From Octopus vulgaris (lineage: Eukaryota), in NCBI GenBank assembly GCA_951406725.2, contig OX597838.1:806001-870000 (forward strand): a DNA stretch of 64,000 nt. Direction: 5' to 3'. The notes below the pieces were generated by a model. The model made no database searches, was not told the origin of the DNA, and saw only the letters and a list, made by a program, of their open reading frames with translations. Each line of letters begins with the position of its first letter. Position 1 is the stretch's first letter. Below, in pieces: positions 1-13,394 of the stretch. Made by a program: the position numbers and the translations under genes.

Positions 1-261
1 GTGTAAATAACAGAGGTGGATGGAATGGGATGTGGTGGTAGGAGAGAGATAGAAAGAGAGTAGGGAGAAAGAGGGGGGAGGCAAGGACAAGGAGAATATG
101 GTTATGCTGTGTGTGTGTGCGTGTGTGTGTGTGTGTGTATATGCGTATACATATGTGTGTGTGTGACTACAGAAATTTCGTGCATTTTATTTCTTTGAAA
201 ACAATTTGTAACAACAGCAACAACAACGAGAATAACAACAATAACTATTATTATTGTACTT

Positions 262-445
262 GTTTTGGCACAACACCGGCAATTTGAGGGGAGGGGTTAA
301 TCAACTACATCGTCCACTGTACTTAACTGGCACTTTATTTTATCAACTCCAACCCCAGGATTTCAACCCCGAACTGAAAGAGCCGGAAGAAATGGTTAAC
401 AGCAGATTGACCGATTCGCTAACGATTCTACCAGCTTGCTGCTTT
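262..445 (-). mobile_element. SINE family A, degenerate copy
   Basis: Colinear but diverged similarity to 594-798 (gctaacgattctaccagc head end, ggcacaacaccggcaatttg tail end). Confidence 0.65.
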
Positions 446-489
446 ATATACTACCACCACCACCACCACTACTACTACTACTACTACTT

Positions 490-579
<90 letters not shown>

Positions 580-593
580 TTAAATAATAATTG

Positions 594-797
594 TTTCTAC
601 TATAGGCACTAGTCTTGAAAATTCGGTGGAGGGGTTAAATTGCTTACATCGACCCCCAGTACTTAATTCATCGACCCCGAAAGGATGAGAGGCAAAGTCG
701 ACCTCGGCGGAATTTGAACTCAGAACGTAGCGAGCGACGGGCGAAATACCGCTGAGCATTTCACCCGGCGTGCTAACGATTCTGCCAGCTCGCCCCC

Positions 798-798
<1 letters not shown>
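594..798 (-). mobile_element. tRNA-derived SINE family A (Nin/Deu-like central domain)
   Basis: Minus strand reads GGCGAGCTGGCAGAATCGTTAG (A-box-like) ... GAGTTCAAATTCC (B box) ... CATCCTTTCGGGGTCGAT (Nin/Deu-like core). Flanked by (AAT)n; more than 10 copies in the window. Confidence 0.9.
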
Positions 799-846
<48 letters not shown>

Positions 847-854
847 TAATAATG

Positions 855-909
<55 letters not shown>

Positions 910-917
910 TAATAATG

Positions 918-949
<32 letters not shown>

Positions 950-950
<1 letters not shown>

Positions 951-1120
951 CACAAGGCCTGAAATTTTGGAGAAAGGCGATAGACGATTACATCGACTCC
1001 AGTGTTCAACTGGTTCTTATTTTATCGATCCTGATAAAATGAAAGGCTAAGTCGACCTCCACAGAATTTGAGCTGAAACGTAAAGGCTGGTGAAATGCTG
1101 GTAAGCATCAACGATTCTTG
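950..1120 (-). mobile_element. SINE family A, diverged copy
   Basis: cacaaggcctgaaattttgg...ttatcgatcctgataaaatgaaaggctaagtcgacctc matches family A. Confidence 0.8.
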
Positions 1121-1275
1121 TAGTGTTTGTGAAGGTCGTCGCCAGAATCCCTTAAGGTAGGCCGCAAAAACATCAACAACAACGTCAACAACAATGCGGT
1201 GGTAATAACAGCAACAAACACAGCAATTAGTAAAACCAGTAACAACAACGACAAAAATAAGAAAACGGCTCTTAC

Positions 1276-1380
1276 CTCCATGTTGTGCCTGCTGGGAGGA
1301 TGCTCCTCCGACCAGACAACTTTAACAGCCAAAATGGCGGCGTAAGAAAATTGAAATATTGAAATTGTGATCCGGAAGTG
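1276..1380 (-). promoter_or_regulatory. Candidate promoter/first exon of a minus-strand gene (ETS + YY1 + ATG GAG + splice donor)
   Basis: Minus strand: CACTTCCGG (ETS, 1372-1380), GCCGCCATTTT (YY1, 1331-1341), CAACATGGAG|GTAAGA (ATG at 1281-1279, donor GT at 1275-1274). Motif-based only. Confidence 0.35.
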
Positions 1381-1646
1381 TTGTACTGAAACATCCGTCA
1401 GAGGTCGCAGGCAGGATCACGTGGATCATACGATTGGATCTCGTGGATCATGTGGCTTTGTGAGATCAAGGAGTTGCTCGAACAATGTCAACATCATCAG
1501 CAACAACCACAATAACATTAGTATCGCCTTTGCTATCATCATCATCATCATCATCATCATCATCGTCGTCATCATCAAAAATAGTATCAACCGAAGCAAT
1601 GTTAACCACAACTTAAACATGATGGTGATGGTCATAATGATGAGGG

Positions 1647-1678
<32 letters not shown>

Positions 1679-1863
1679 TTGGCAATAGTGATAGTAGTGA
1701 TGGTGATGACAACGGCCATAATTAGCGGTTGTTGTTGTCAATTAGTCTCAAGATTTGTTATTTGTGTTGTTTTTGTATTTATGGTCGCTTCTTTCTAATG
1801 ATTTTGGACATTCATGTTGTTCTTATAGGTGTTATTGCAGCAGCAGCAGCAACAGTGGTAGTA

Positions 1864-1913
<50 letters not shown>

Positions 1914-2509
1914 TTCTCAATTACATCTTCCTATTGTTAAGTATCACCACTTTAAATCTGTCATATTTCCAATATCGTCTCTCCACCCTCACCCCCTCTC
2001 CATTCGCTGTCCACCGGTTTATTGGTCAATTTTCAGCCAGAACACTGTTAATTGACCACTGGTCTAGTTTATCCCGCAATAAATACTTGGCCAGCATTCC
2101 CATTATTTCTTAACTATCCACATGACAATCACCGCCCATTCACCCGTGACCCACACCCCTCCTCTGATCACAGCTTACACCGCCAACTCATTCTCCCCCA
2201 CCCACTCTATCACCCACTAACCACAACCTCTCACTCCTCACATCCCTTGCCACCTCCCAGTGTCTTGACCATGGACACGATGGTACCTACATACAGCTAG
2301 ACGGACTGGGACGTTACATGTTTATGTGAAACAGCAGCGACAGAATTCGTAATTCAAATTCTTTCATGGTTTTACCAGGTATCAATAGTTTTACCTTTTA
2401 TCGTTTTCTCCAAACATATACACTCACTCACACATATACACATATACATACTCATACATACATATACTCATATGCACAAATATACATACAGACATATACA
2501 CACGTGTAT

Positions 2510-3170
2510 GTAACTGGTCTAGAGGCATGTACTATTTCCACCTATTAAGTATAGCGACCTTGTGTTACCCCGTTAAGGGTCAGACTCTTTTGATCCTTTC
2601 ATATATAAACTGATTCGGTTACCTACCATAAATCATATCCTATCATATCACATCATATGTATATATATACTCATAAAAGGTTAATATTGGTAAAATGAGA
2701 CATACTTATCTACATGGCCGAAACAGCTGTAAGATGTAATCTATACTTATATTTATATTTACTTATATTTATATTCTCTTTTATATATATTCTACTTATT
2801 ATACAACATTACTCTTTTATGTACACTTTTTTATGTACATTCCTTTATGTACACTGATTTGTTCTGCTTTTTATACCTAACCCTACAGTCTCTTATGTGG
2901 TGGTTTAATAAAGTATGTGATTGAGTATTATCTGGTAATTGATATTTGATTTAGATGTATTTCTCCATTTTCTTATCTTGTATTAGTAATTTGTGGTAAA
3001 TCATTTTACCTTTGCCCATATAATACAGTAAATGAATTGATTGCATCGCAATCATTAACATTTATGTATTAACTTTGTTGGGTACTTCACTAGCAGTATA
3101 TTGGATATATGTTATCCCATGGAGGGTTGCATTTACAACCCCTATCTCAATTTGTATATATGTATATATA
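2510..3170 (+). mobile_element. Penelope-like element terminal (pLTR) remnant with degenerate hammerhead
   Basis: AT-rich unique block between (CA/TA) microsatellites containing ctcataa-a-ggtta...tggcc-GAAAC-AGCT-GT-A (2670-2731), a decayed CTGATGA...GAAAC-palindrome-GTH motif. Confidence 0.5.
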
Positions 3171-3213
3171 TATCAGTTGTAAATTGTAAAACATAACTGT
3201 GATCACTACTACC

Positions 3214-3258
3214 TGAACCTGAAGATTGCATAGTTTAATGCATGAAAGTAATAGTTCA
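3214..3258 (+). ncRNA. Minimal type I hammerhead ribozyme motif
   Basis: Stem I TGAAC/GTTCA, core CTGAAGA, stem II TGCAT/ATGCA (U.U closing), GAAA, 4-nt loop GTAA, then TA. Predicted cleavage after A3253. Confidence 0.6.
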
Positions 3259-3388
3259 ATTCCAATGGTCATTTAATATTCTATCATTTCATTATATTAT
3301 ATTATCTTATATTATTATGAGATTGTAAATAAAACGTGAAAATCAAAGTTGGAATTTCTTTGAATAACACACATATATATATATAGAT

Positions 3389-3462
<74 letters not shown>

Positions 3463-3504
3463 CATACATACATACATACATACATACATACATACATACA
3501 TACA

Positions 3505-3536
<32 letters not shown>

Positions 3537-3914
3537 CACGCAAACACTTAAGTAGTACGATTTTAGTTCAACTAAGTGAGATACTTAATCAGAAAGTGCA
3601 CAACCACTCAATGGGAAGTCGGTGCTATGAATGTTATCGTTATGTGAATTAAATGAAGCAGAAGAGGGGGCCTCAAATATACTACAAAAACAAAATATTT
3701 ACCTCAAGTTATCCCGTGAGATGTTAAGGTGCTTTAGTGCTTGTTTACATTATCAGCCGTTGTTGAACTAAAGACTGTTAGTTGCTTACATACATATCCA
3801 ATTGCTGTTGGTGGTGATTGATGTATAAATCGATCAGGAATGGTAAGAAGAAAGAAGTAATCACATCACTGAGAACTGTCTCAGAAAAGTAGTGCAAAAT
3901 GGCCTCAAATTTGA

Positions 3915-4095
3915 GTGCGGGCCATAATCGATGAAATCACTCTCAGTATATGACCAGTGCATTATTTGATTGATTAGAAGAGAATGAAAGGCAAAGCTGA
4001 TGTCGGCAGCGTTTGAATTGAGAACGTAAAAGATTGTAACAAAATAGCACAGCAGATCATGTCCGGCGCACTACCGACTCAGCCGATTCGTCAAA
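3915..4095 (-). mobile_element. SINE family A, old copy
   Basis: gaatgaaaggcaaagctgatgtcggcagcgtttgaattgagaacgtaaa matches the family A core and B-box region. Confidence 0.7.
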
Positions 4096-4129
4096 GGAAT
4101 GAATGAAGTTAAAAAAATAATAAGAAAAT

Positions 4130-4415
4130 GGCGGTTACGACGACGAGGGATCCAGCTGATCTGATCAACGGAACAGCCTGCTCGTGAAATTAATGTGCAA
4201 GTGGCTGAGTACTCCACAGACACGTGTACTGTTAATGTAGTTCTCAGTGAGATTCAGTGTGACACAGAATCTAAAAAGGTTGGCCGCCTTCAATTCATTT
4301 TTGCCAATTGAGTGCACTGGAGCAACATGAAATAAAGGACACACGACGCTGCTGGGAATCGAGCTCACGACCTTACGATCGTGCGCCGAATGCTCTAACC
4401 ATTAAGCCACGTGCA
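4130..4415 (-). mobile_element. tRNA-derived SINE family C (CORE/Meta-like core, tail type 1)
   Basis: Minus-strand head GTGGCTTAATGGTTAG...GCTCGATTCC, core GCTCCAGTGCACTCAATTGGCAAAAATG, tail ...CTGTTCCGTTGATC...CTCGTCGTCGTAACC shared with 17601 and 58674. Confidence 0.85.
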
Positions 4416-4599
4416 CCTTCACAATGCATGAAACATTGAACGAATGAATGTGCAGTCTTAACAAGCTTGTAAAAGCAGCTACATGGAGGACAATACTCCC
4501 TCTGGCGGAGGGGACTTGAAGCTCGTATCTGTCGTTTCCTGGGCAGCCATATTGTCAGTTATATTTTGTTCTATTGAACGGCAGTTGAAGAACTAATGC

Positions 4600-4810
4600 G
4601 GACCTAAACGATCTGAGAAAGGAGTTGCTAGGAATAGCAGCCAAGTCACCCTCAAAACATATTGTGCTATTTGAAATAAGGAAGGACATATTGAGCAATG
4701 TATACCTAGATATACAGGGCCTCACAAATATGTAGATGTAAATGGTCACGGCTAAGATCGATTTGATCATAAGGTTTCTACATCAGGAACGACCAGGGTT
4801 AAACAACAAA
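4600..4810 (+). mobile_element. Older interspersed repeat family D (SINE/LINE-tail-like, ends GGGGCTAAACAACAAC)
   Basis: Shares gctagaaatagcagccaa...ccctcaaa...ggaaggaca...atggtcacggct...gatcata with diverged copies at ~5325-5520, 5920-6097, 39050-39250 (+) and 15410-15480, 31790-31950 (-). Confidence 0.6.
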
Positions 4811-5019
4811 TACACACACACACACACACGGTGGGGGGGGGCACTTGTCTGTCAAGCTGTGTACAGTGTATGCGGTGGGGTGGGCGACAGACTGGGAGAA
4901 GGTTACTTACAACTAATTGAAAAAGAACAGAATTTCTCTCCTTTCCTTTCCCATCTCTCTCTCCTTTTCCTCTTGTTTCTCTTCTCCTCTCTCTCTTTCT
5001 CACTTCTTCTTCTCCCCTC

Positions 5020-5117
<98 letters not shown>

Positions 5118-5919
5118 AGAGTTGAATTCTTTCACAATGAAATCTCTGGCTAATTATCATATCTGATAAAGATGGGAAGTGTTTACAGCTGACTTCAGTA
5201 GCAACAACAACAACAACATCGACAACATCAATGAACAACAGCAGCAAGAACAAGAACAAGAACAATAACAATAGTAAACAACAAAAAAACGAATTAAAAA
5301 AAAGGCAAAACGTGAACCACAATGTGGCGACTTGACTTGCCAGAAATAACAAGCAATTCTAGATCTAATTACAACTTAAATGTTTTAAAATGGATGTATG
5401 CATCGGGTAATATAATGCTAAAGATATTGTGTCTAAATAAAAGTGAGATGGTCACTGCTGGAACGTCTTTTATTATAAGTTTAACCGAAAGATCATAAAC
5501 CAGAAGCCGATCAACACAAAAATTTGTATGAAGAAAAGACAAAATTAGGAAGTTTCAGAAAGTCTGTTAGACTTCAGAAACCTGGAAGTAGTTTGGTGAA
5601 GGAAGAATTTTATCTGGAAAGTTCCAGCAACACATTTCTGTATTGCTGATGGGACCCAACCGAGTCTGGAACATGTCCATAGCTGTTCTTTGTCTCTCAA
5701 ACAAATATTAAATTGTCCTTTGACATGAAATATGTCAATTCAACAATGACATTCCTAATAATCTCTCCTTGTCATCCAGAGTGGCGAACAATTATCGCTA
5801 GGCTTTTGTGTACCTTCCATGTCTCCGGAAAAAATATTTTAGTAAATTTAAAATTCATCGTCTAAGGCATTCAGTACACCGCATTGCCTTATGTGAACGT
5901 CAACTCCCTCTGTGTGATC

Positions 5920-6097
5920 GACTGACAAAATAGAAAGAGAAGCAGTATCGTCCTCAAATCATACACTCCCTCTTCAGAAATGGGAAGGACACTTTGGAGA
6001 CAGTGTGGTTGTGGAAACTGGGTTGATAACAACTGAAACCTTTCGGTCATAAGACTGATCGACCAAGGTTGACTCGGGGCTAAACAAAAACAACAAC
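5920..6097 (+). mobile_element. Repeat family D copy
   Basis: cctcaaatcatacac...ggaaggacactttgga...ggtcataagactgatcgaccaaggttgactcggggctaaacaaaaacaac. Confidence 0.6.
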
Positions 6098-6522
6098 CTA
6101 AAACAACGAAGAGTCAAAATAGTTCGTAATTCCAAGCACTTTTGTTTGACTTTAGAAAATGCAGTTAATTCAGAAAAAGAACCCTAAATGTTTCCCAGAA
6201 TACGAAAGTAGGGATTCATTTTCTCACCGAATCTACAGAAGAGCTCCTTAAAAGGGAGCTTAGAACTATGGCAAATGACAAAATCGTGTCGAGTAAAAAC
6301 AACTCGACATCCATAGATGTTAAAATAAACATAACACCATTATTAATAAGAATTAAATATTTTAATGTATTAACCATCGATTTGTTTAGACCTTCACCAC
6401 CACCTCCGACATGACTGTAGGCTGTGGAGTAGAACCCCCACGAGACCCCGAAGACTGGGGGTGTGGCAGAAAAAAGAAACAAAGTTTTAGAAGTGGGAGA
6501 CGAAGACGAGTAAATGGGAGAT

Positions 6523-6563
<41 letters not shown>

Positions 6564-6608
6564 TAGAGTTACGTCATATTGACTGCTGTGTAACAATATA
6601 CTTATATA

Positions 6609-6671
<63 letters not shown>

Positions 6672-7132
6672 GTGCGCACGCATATATATACATGTATTCA
6701 TGCATAAGATTACCTGCGAATATACATATATTACACACATTTTGACATGAAGATACACCGAAATATATGAACAGATGAAAACACACAACTGTCGAATATA
6801 TATTCATATCTACATACATATGAGTGTATATATGTATGCATGTATGTATATGTGTGTGTGTGCGTGCATGTCTGTGTGTGTGCATGTGTTTGTGTGTATG
6901 TGTGTGCAAATTTATTCTCTAACCAAGAAACTGCTGACTTTTAAATAAAAAAAATATTTCTGACATTAATAATTGTAAACACATACCCCTAAAAAAAAAA
7001 TATATATATATATATACACACGCGCACGCACATACATGTACATATACAAATATTCATATGTAGGTATATATATATATATTTGTATGTGAGTGTAAATATA
7101 TATTTGTGTGTGTGTGTGCACGCGCGCATGCA

Positions 7133-7176
<44 letters not shown>

Positions 7177-7203
7177 TATATATATATATATATGCATACA
7201 TAT

Positions 7204-7248
<45 letters not shown>

Positions 7249-7423
7249 TGTGAGTAAATTGCGGTAAGTCTCTATCCATAAAAGTGTTTGAGATTTCACA
7301 TGCAACCCACGTATTCAAAGATATATATACGGCTGGGTTTCACCATCGAGTGCGGCACTTCTCACGATGTTCCAGCGTACTCAACTGAAAATGAAGTACA
7401 AACCGAGTACACTGCATCCCCCC

Positions 7424-7457
<34 letters not shown>

Positions 7458-7665
7458 CAGCTTCCACATCCTGGATGTTCCACTGAAAAGGCCGAGACGG
7501 TGCTTGTATCTGCTTGTGATTACACAGGCTCCTAAAATAAGTAGTGAAGTCATGGTACATATTACCAAGGTATACAGCCTTGCAACTGTGTATGTATGTA
7601 TATATGACGACTGTGTATGTATGTATATATGTATATATATATATATACACACACACACATATATG

Positions 7666-7715
<50 letters not shown>

Positions 7716-7858
7716 GCAGCCCCCATTAATTCATATAAATTAATATTGTTGAACAGTTTTGGTGAAAAATACCTTCCTAACACTAATTATAGCCTGTGGA
7801 GTGTGTCTTGTGACCGTGTGTGTATGTGTTTGTTTGTGTGTGTGTGTATGTGCGTGTA

Positions 7859-7891
<33 letters not shown>

Positions 7892-7988
7892 CAGATATAC
7901 AGAGAGAGAGAGAGAGGGGGAGAGAGAAATAAAGAAAGAGAGGGAGAGAAACATAGATACATGTCTCTAAGCATGTGTGTGTGTGTTG

Positions 7989-8147
<159 letters not shown>

Positions 8148-8149
8148 GT

Positions 8150-8229
<80 letters not shown>

Positions 8230-8882
8230 TGTATATATATGAGAGCGCACGTGTGTGTAGATGCATCTAAAAACATGTTTGACGAGTGTTTACCTTAATG
8301 AGTGTAGAAGTGTTTACTTAAATGATTGTGTGTATATGTGGGTAGCGAGGGGTGGGTGGGTGGGGTAGGGGGTAGCTAGGGGTGGTGGCATGGTACAGAT
8401 GATGGAGACTGACAGGTGAAGACGGTGGAGCAATGCGGGTAGTATGGAGGGGGTGTGATGCCATACACCTGAGTATAGTCTTTAAACCAGGTGTGGCTGC
8501 GGGTATGAGGTGGGGTGGGAGTCGGGGATGCGGTGAAGAATATGCCTCACTCCATCAACACCGCCACCGACAACAACATCATCATCATCATCACCACCCC
8601 CGTTATCAGCAACACTGCGATCAGCATTAACGCTACCACCATCACCATCATCACTACTATCATCGGCACTTCCAACACCAACAACACCACCACAACCACC
8701 ACTGCTGCCGTCGCAACCATATGTTATGTGAATGATTCATAGTGATGGTTAAGGTGGTAGTGGTGGTGGTGGTGGCGGTGGTGGTGGTGGCGGTGGCGGT
8801 GGTGGTGGTGGTGGTGGAGAGGGAAGTAAAATGTGTGTGTGTGTGTGAGTGTGTGTATAGACACAGAGACACAGGGAGAAAT

Positions 8883-9095
8883 TTCTTTTCTAGTCTAGGC
8901 ACAAGGCCCGAAATTTTTGGGGAGAGGAGCAATCGATTAGATCGACCCCCAGTACGCAACTGATACTCAATTTATCGACCCCGAAAAGATGAAAGGCAAA
9001 GTCGATCTCGGTGGAATTTGAACTCAGAACGTAAAGACGGACGAAATACTGCTAAGCGTTTCGTCCGGCGTGCTAACGTTTCTGCCAGCCCCGTC
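8883..9095 (-). mobile_element. SINE family A
   Basis: Near-consensus copy (tttatcgaccccgaaaagatgaaaggcaaagtcgatctcggtggaatttgaactcagaacg). Confidence 0.9.
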
Positions 9096-9149
9096 CCCCC
9101 CACCCCACCGCCTTTGGGCGAAATTCATAAGAAAAAAGGCGATATTCTT

Positions 9150-9662
9150 TTATTCTTTTATTCTTTTATTTGTTTCGGTCATTTGATTGCGGTCATGCTG
9201 GAGCACCGCCTTGAAGGATGTTAATACCCAGGAGGTGTTATTGAAGCCTAGTACTTATTATATCGGTCACTTTTGCCGAACTATTAGATTACGGGAACGT
9301 AAACATACCAACATCGGTTATCAAGCGATGGGGTGGAATAAACACACACACAAAGACACATACATAGACATATATACATATACATACACGCGCACACACA
9401 CATGCACACACACACACACACACACATAAGTATATATAAAGGAGGTGGTGGTGGTGGTGGTGGTGGTGGAGAGGGAAGTAAAATGTGTGTGTGTGTGTGT
9501 GTGCGTGTGTGCGTGTATTTTCCGTCTACTAAATCCACTCACAAGGCTTTGGTCGGCCTGAGACTATAGTAGAAGTCACTTGCCCAATGTGCCACACAGT
9601 GGGACTCTACCCGGAACCAAGTGGTTAGAAAGCAAGCCTCTTCCCACACAGCCACGCCTGCA
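9150..9662 (-). mobile_element. tRNA-derived SINE family B (two halves joined by internal microsatellite)
   Basis: 5' half 9520-9662 (GGCGTGGCTGTGTGG...TTGGGCAAGTG...GTGAGTGGATTTAGTAGACGGAAA); 3' half 9150-9360 (GGCGGTGCTCCAGCATGACCGCA...TAAAAGAATAAAAG). Confidence 0.85.
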
Positions 9663-9829
9663 CCTTAAGCAAAGAGATGACACCGGAAGAACCAAATATC
9701 ATATAAGCACCTTCGTTGGCTTACAACCTTCCTAGCCATCAACAGAAACTTTCATTAAAAATAAATATATACTCTAATTTATGTGTTGAGTTATCTTTTC
9801 TTTCGTCTGTACGTCTCTCTCTCCCCCCC

Positions 9830-9876
<47 letters not shown>

Positions 9877-10038
9877 TATATGTATATAATATTATATTAT
9901 ATTATATTATATTATATCATATAACCAGTGGTGTTTCCTGCACGAATGCAATGCCTGACATATTTCAATAAATGATAAAGACAAATCGTATTTTAATAAA
10001 ATATTTTCATTTTTATGAGAGATAATTGGAAAAGAGAG

Positions 10039-10104
<66 letters not shown>

Positions 10105-10249
10105 ATATGTGGTCAACTTCAGTGACAAGAGTTCGACTTTCGTTAAATCACATACTCCAACTTAAATCACCCGCAGTCACTCTTGATAAAACACTACACA
10201 CAAACAAACACACATACAGAACAAAACTAACTCACGCACAGACACTGTT

Positions 10250-10290
<41 letters not shown>

Positions 10291-10608
10291 GCTATACGTA
10301 TGTGAACGCGCGCTGCGCATTGCAACAATCCACGGATCTCTATCGTCTGCTAATCAAAATCTCTCTGAATGTCGAAGAGTTCAGTCAGAACCAAAGTTTC
10401 TCCACCGCCACCGTCACCTTCCACACTTTTTTAGTCGCAGACTTTCTTTGACATTCCAATGTTCCTAGGAATTATTCAATGCAAGCTGAGGGAAGAGCAG
10501 GGGTCGGGGAGTTTAGCAACAAAACTATGTTCGAACTACAAACGTTTCTCACATTTGACTTATCTTTCAGACCGCTTCACTGCCTTCTTCTCTCTCTCTC
10601 TCTCCATA

Positions 10609-11355
<747 letters not shown>

Positions 11356-11618
11356 TGAACTGTTTTGCAATATATCCAGTACAACCATTAAACAACCATT
11401 GGTTCCACTTTCTTCTGAGACCAAGAATATTTTACTGAGAATTGGCCGTGTAATGTCCGGGTGTTGTCCAATTCTTGTCTGAACATTTTTCAGGTAATGC
11501 ATGTGTAATTACAACCGGATATTAACTGGGTATTTCGTTGTAACTGTTGGCTTCTGTCAGATCAATTGACATCATTATTCTCATTTGCTGTTGGTATCTT
11601 TACGCTGTGTCTATAGTG

Positions 11619-11665
<47 letters not shown>

Positions 11666-11879
11666 TGCTGTTGTTATTCTTGTAGATTTTGTTGTTTTTA
11701 TTCTTGTAGATTTTTTGTTGTAGATTTTGTTGTTGTTGCTGTTGTTGCTTTTGACCTCCGTATGTTATGGCTTCCATCCTGTTGTTATTATTGCTATAAG
11801 CGGTCAGACCTGTCACCCATATCCCAATATTGTAACATCTGTTTATGCAATCACTCCATAGTCCCTGATGCTTTTATCT

Positions 11880-12161
11880 CAGTGGTTGCCAACTATTTTT
11901 GTGTCCATGGACTCCTTTGATCCTTATTTTTGTGTCCATGGACTCCTTTGATCCTTATTTTACTCAGATGGACCCTCATAACTATTTGGTGTTTAAAATC
12001 CTACTATACTTTAAAAAATATTAGGAATTGTATAAAAAAAATTGTATCTTGTAAAAGTATAACCGATTCATTGCACATAAATTTTAACAAAATCTTAAAT
12101 GGACCTCTAAGGACCATATGAATCTCTAAGGGCCATATGGACCCCGGCTGAGGACCACCTG
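11880..12161. mobile_element. hAT/Charlie-like MITE
   Basis: Ends CAGTGGTTGCCAAC...GGACCCCGGCTGAGGACCACCTG resemble hAT CAGTGGTT/AACCACTG TIRs; internal GGACCC/GGACTCC subterminal motifs and a ~31-bp tandem duplication. Confidence 0.6.
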
Positions 12162-13242
12162 TTTATACTGTATTATTGTCATTAGTAACATCTGTGGATG
12201 GTTGTTTACTTCTACTCTACAGCGATTTTTATGACTTCTTTTACTGTTTTGGGGATATTTGGTAATATTTATTAGGAACCTCCGTACATTCGCTAATGTG
12301 TTCGGTCTTAATTTTGTCCAACATAACTGTTGTAGGTTTTGCTGTGAGGGAGATCTATTAAGGTTGAATCACTCTTGGCTATAATAAGGATTGGTGTGGG
12401 GGGTGATGGCGGCAGCGGTGGTGGTGGTTGTAATGGTATCAGGTGGTAGTATAGTATGGAATGGTATTGATTTAGCTGCTCATGGAGTGCATTGGTGACG
12501 GTGGTGGTGTTGGTGGTGGTGGTGGTGGTTGTAACATGTCACGCAAAACTTGGACTTGTCACTCCGTCAGACATTGAACACATATTTTGCTTGCAGCTTC
12601 CCCTCTCAAACCTTATTTCCGTCTCACCTTGTATCTCTCTTCCTCATTCCCTTCTCAATTCACTTGGTCTTCCTTCCCACCACTTCGCCATCTCCGTATC
12701 TATCCATCTCACTCTCATCACTCTCACTCTCAATCAGTCAATAAATAAATAAAAACATAAATCTCTATATATGTCTATCGGTCTGTCTGTTTGTCTATTC
12801 ATCTATCTCTCTATTTCTGACTGTCTGTCTGCCTGTCGGTCTATCTGTCTGTCTATATATTTGTCTATCTGTCAATTCATCTGTCTGTATGTCAGTATGT
12901 CTGTCTGCCTGTCTGCGTATATGTGTGTCCCTCTCCCCCTCCTTCCATCATCCACCACACACCCACCCTCTCCCTCCCTCTCTCTCCCAGTCCACAACGT
13001 GAGGTCAGTGGGAGAAGTTTACAGACAGCGGAAGTTGCAAAGGAATGGACCCTGGGATAGGGCTGCGTGTAACTTTACACTCAACAACGACGAGATTAAG
13101 GATTGAGTTATGAGTGTGGCTTACATATACGCACACATAGATGCACTGAGTGTGACTGTGTGTGTGTGCGTGAGTGTGTGTGTGTGCATGTGTGAATGCG
13201 TGCACGTGTATTAGAAGTGTTAAGATTCAAGAAGTTTCGATT

Positions 13243-13281
<39 letters not shown>

Positions 13282-13363
13282 TCTTTCTTTCCTGAGCGTC
13301 CAATAATACTTTATTTGTTCCACATCCTCGCTTTGATGTCTTTTTGTTTTCTTGTTTGGATTA

Positions 13364-13394
<31 letters not shown>

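Noticed and set aside
7480-7503. CACTGAAAAGGCCGAGACGGTG after a pyrimidine tract ending in CAG (possible hammerhead or exon)
   Set aside because: Two core mismatches, collapsed stems and no recognisable reading frame.
12991-13106. Possible exon after (CT)n-CCCAG (VHNVRSVGEVYRQRKLQRNGPWDRAACNFTLNNDEIKD*)
   Set aside because: The acceptor arises from a simple repeat, the peptide is unrecognisable, and there are no partner exons.
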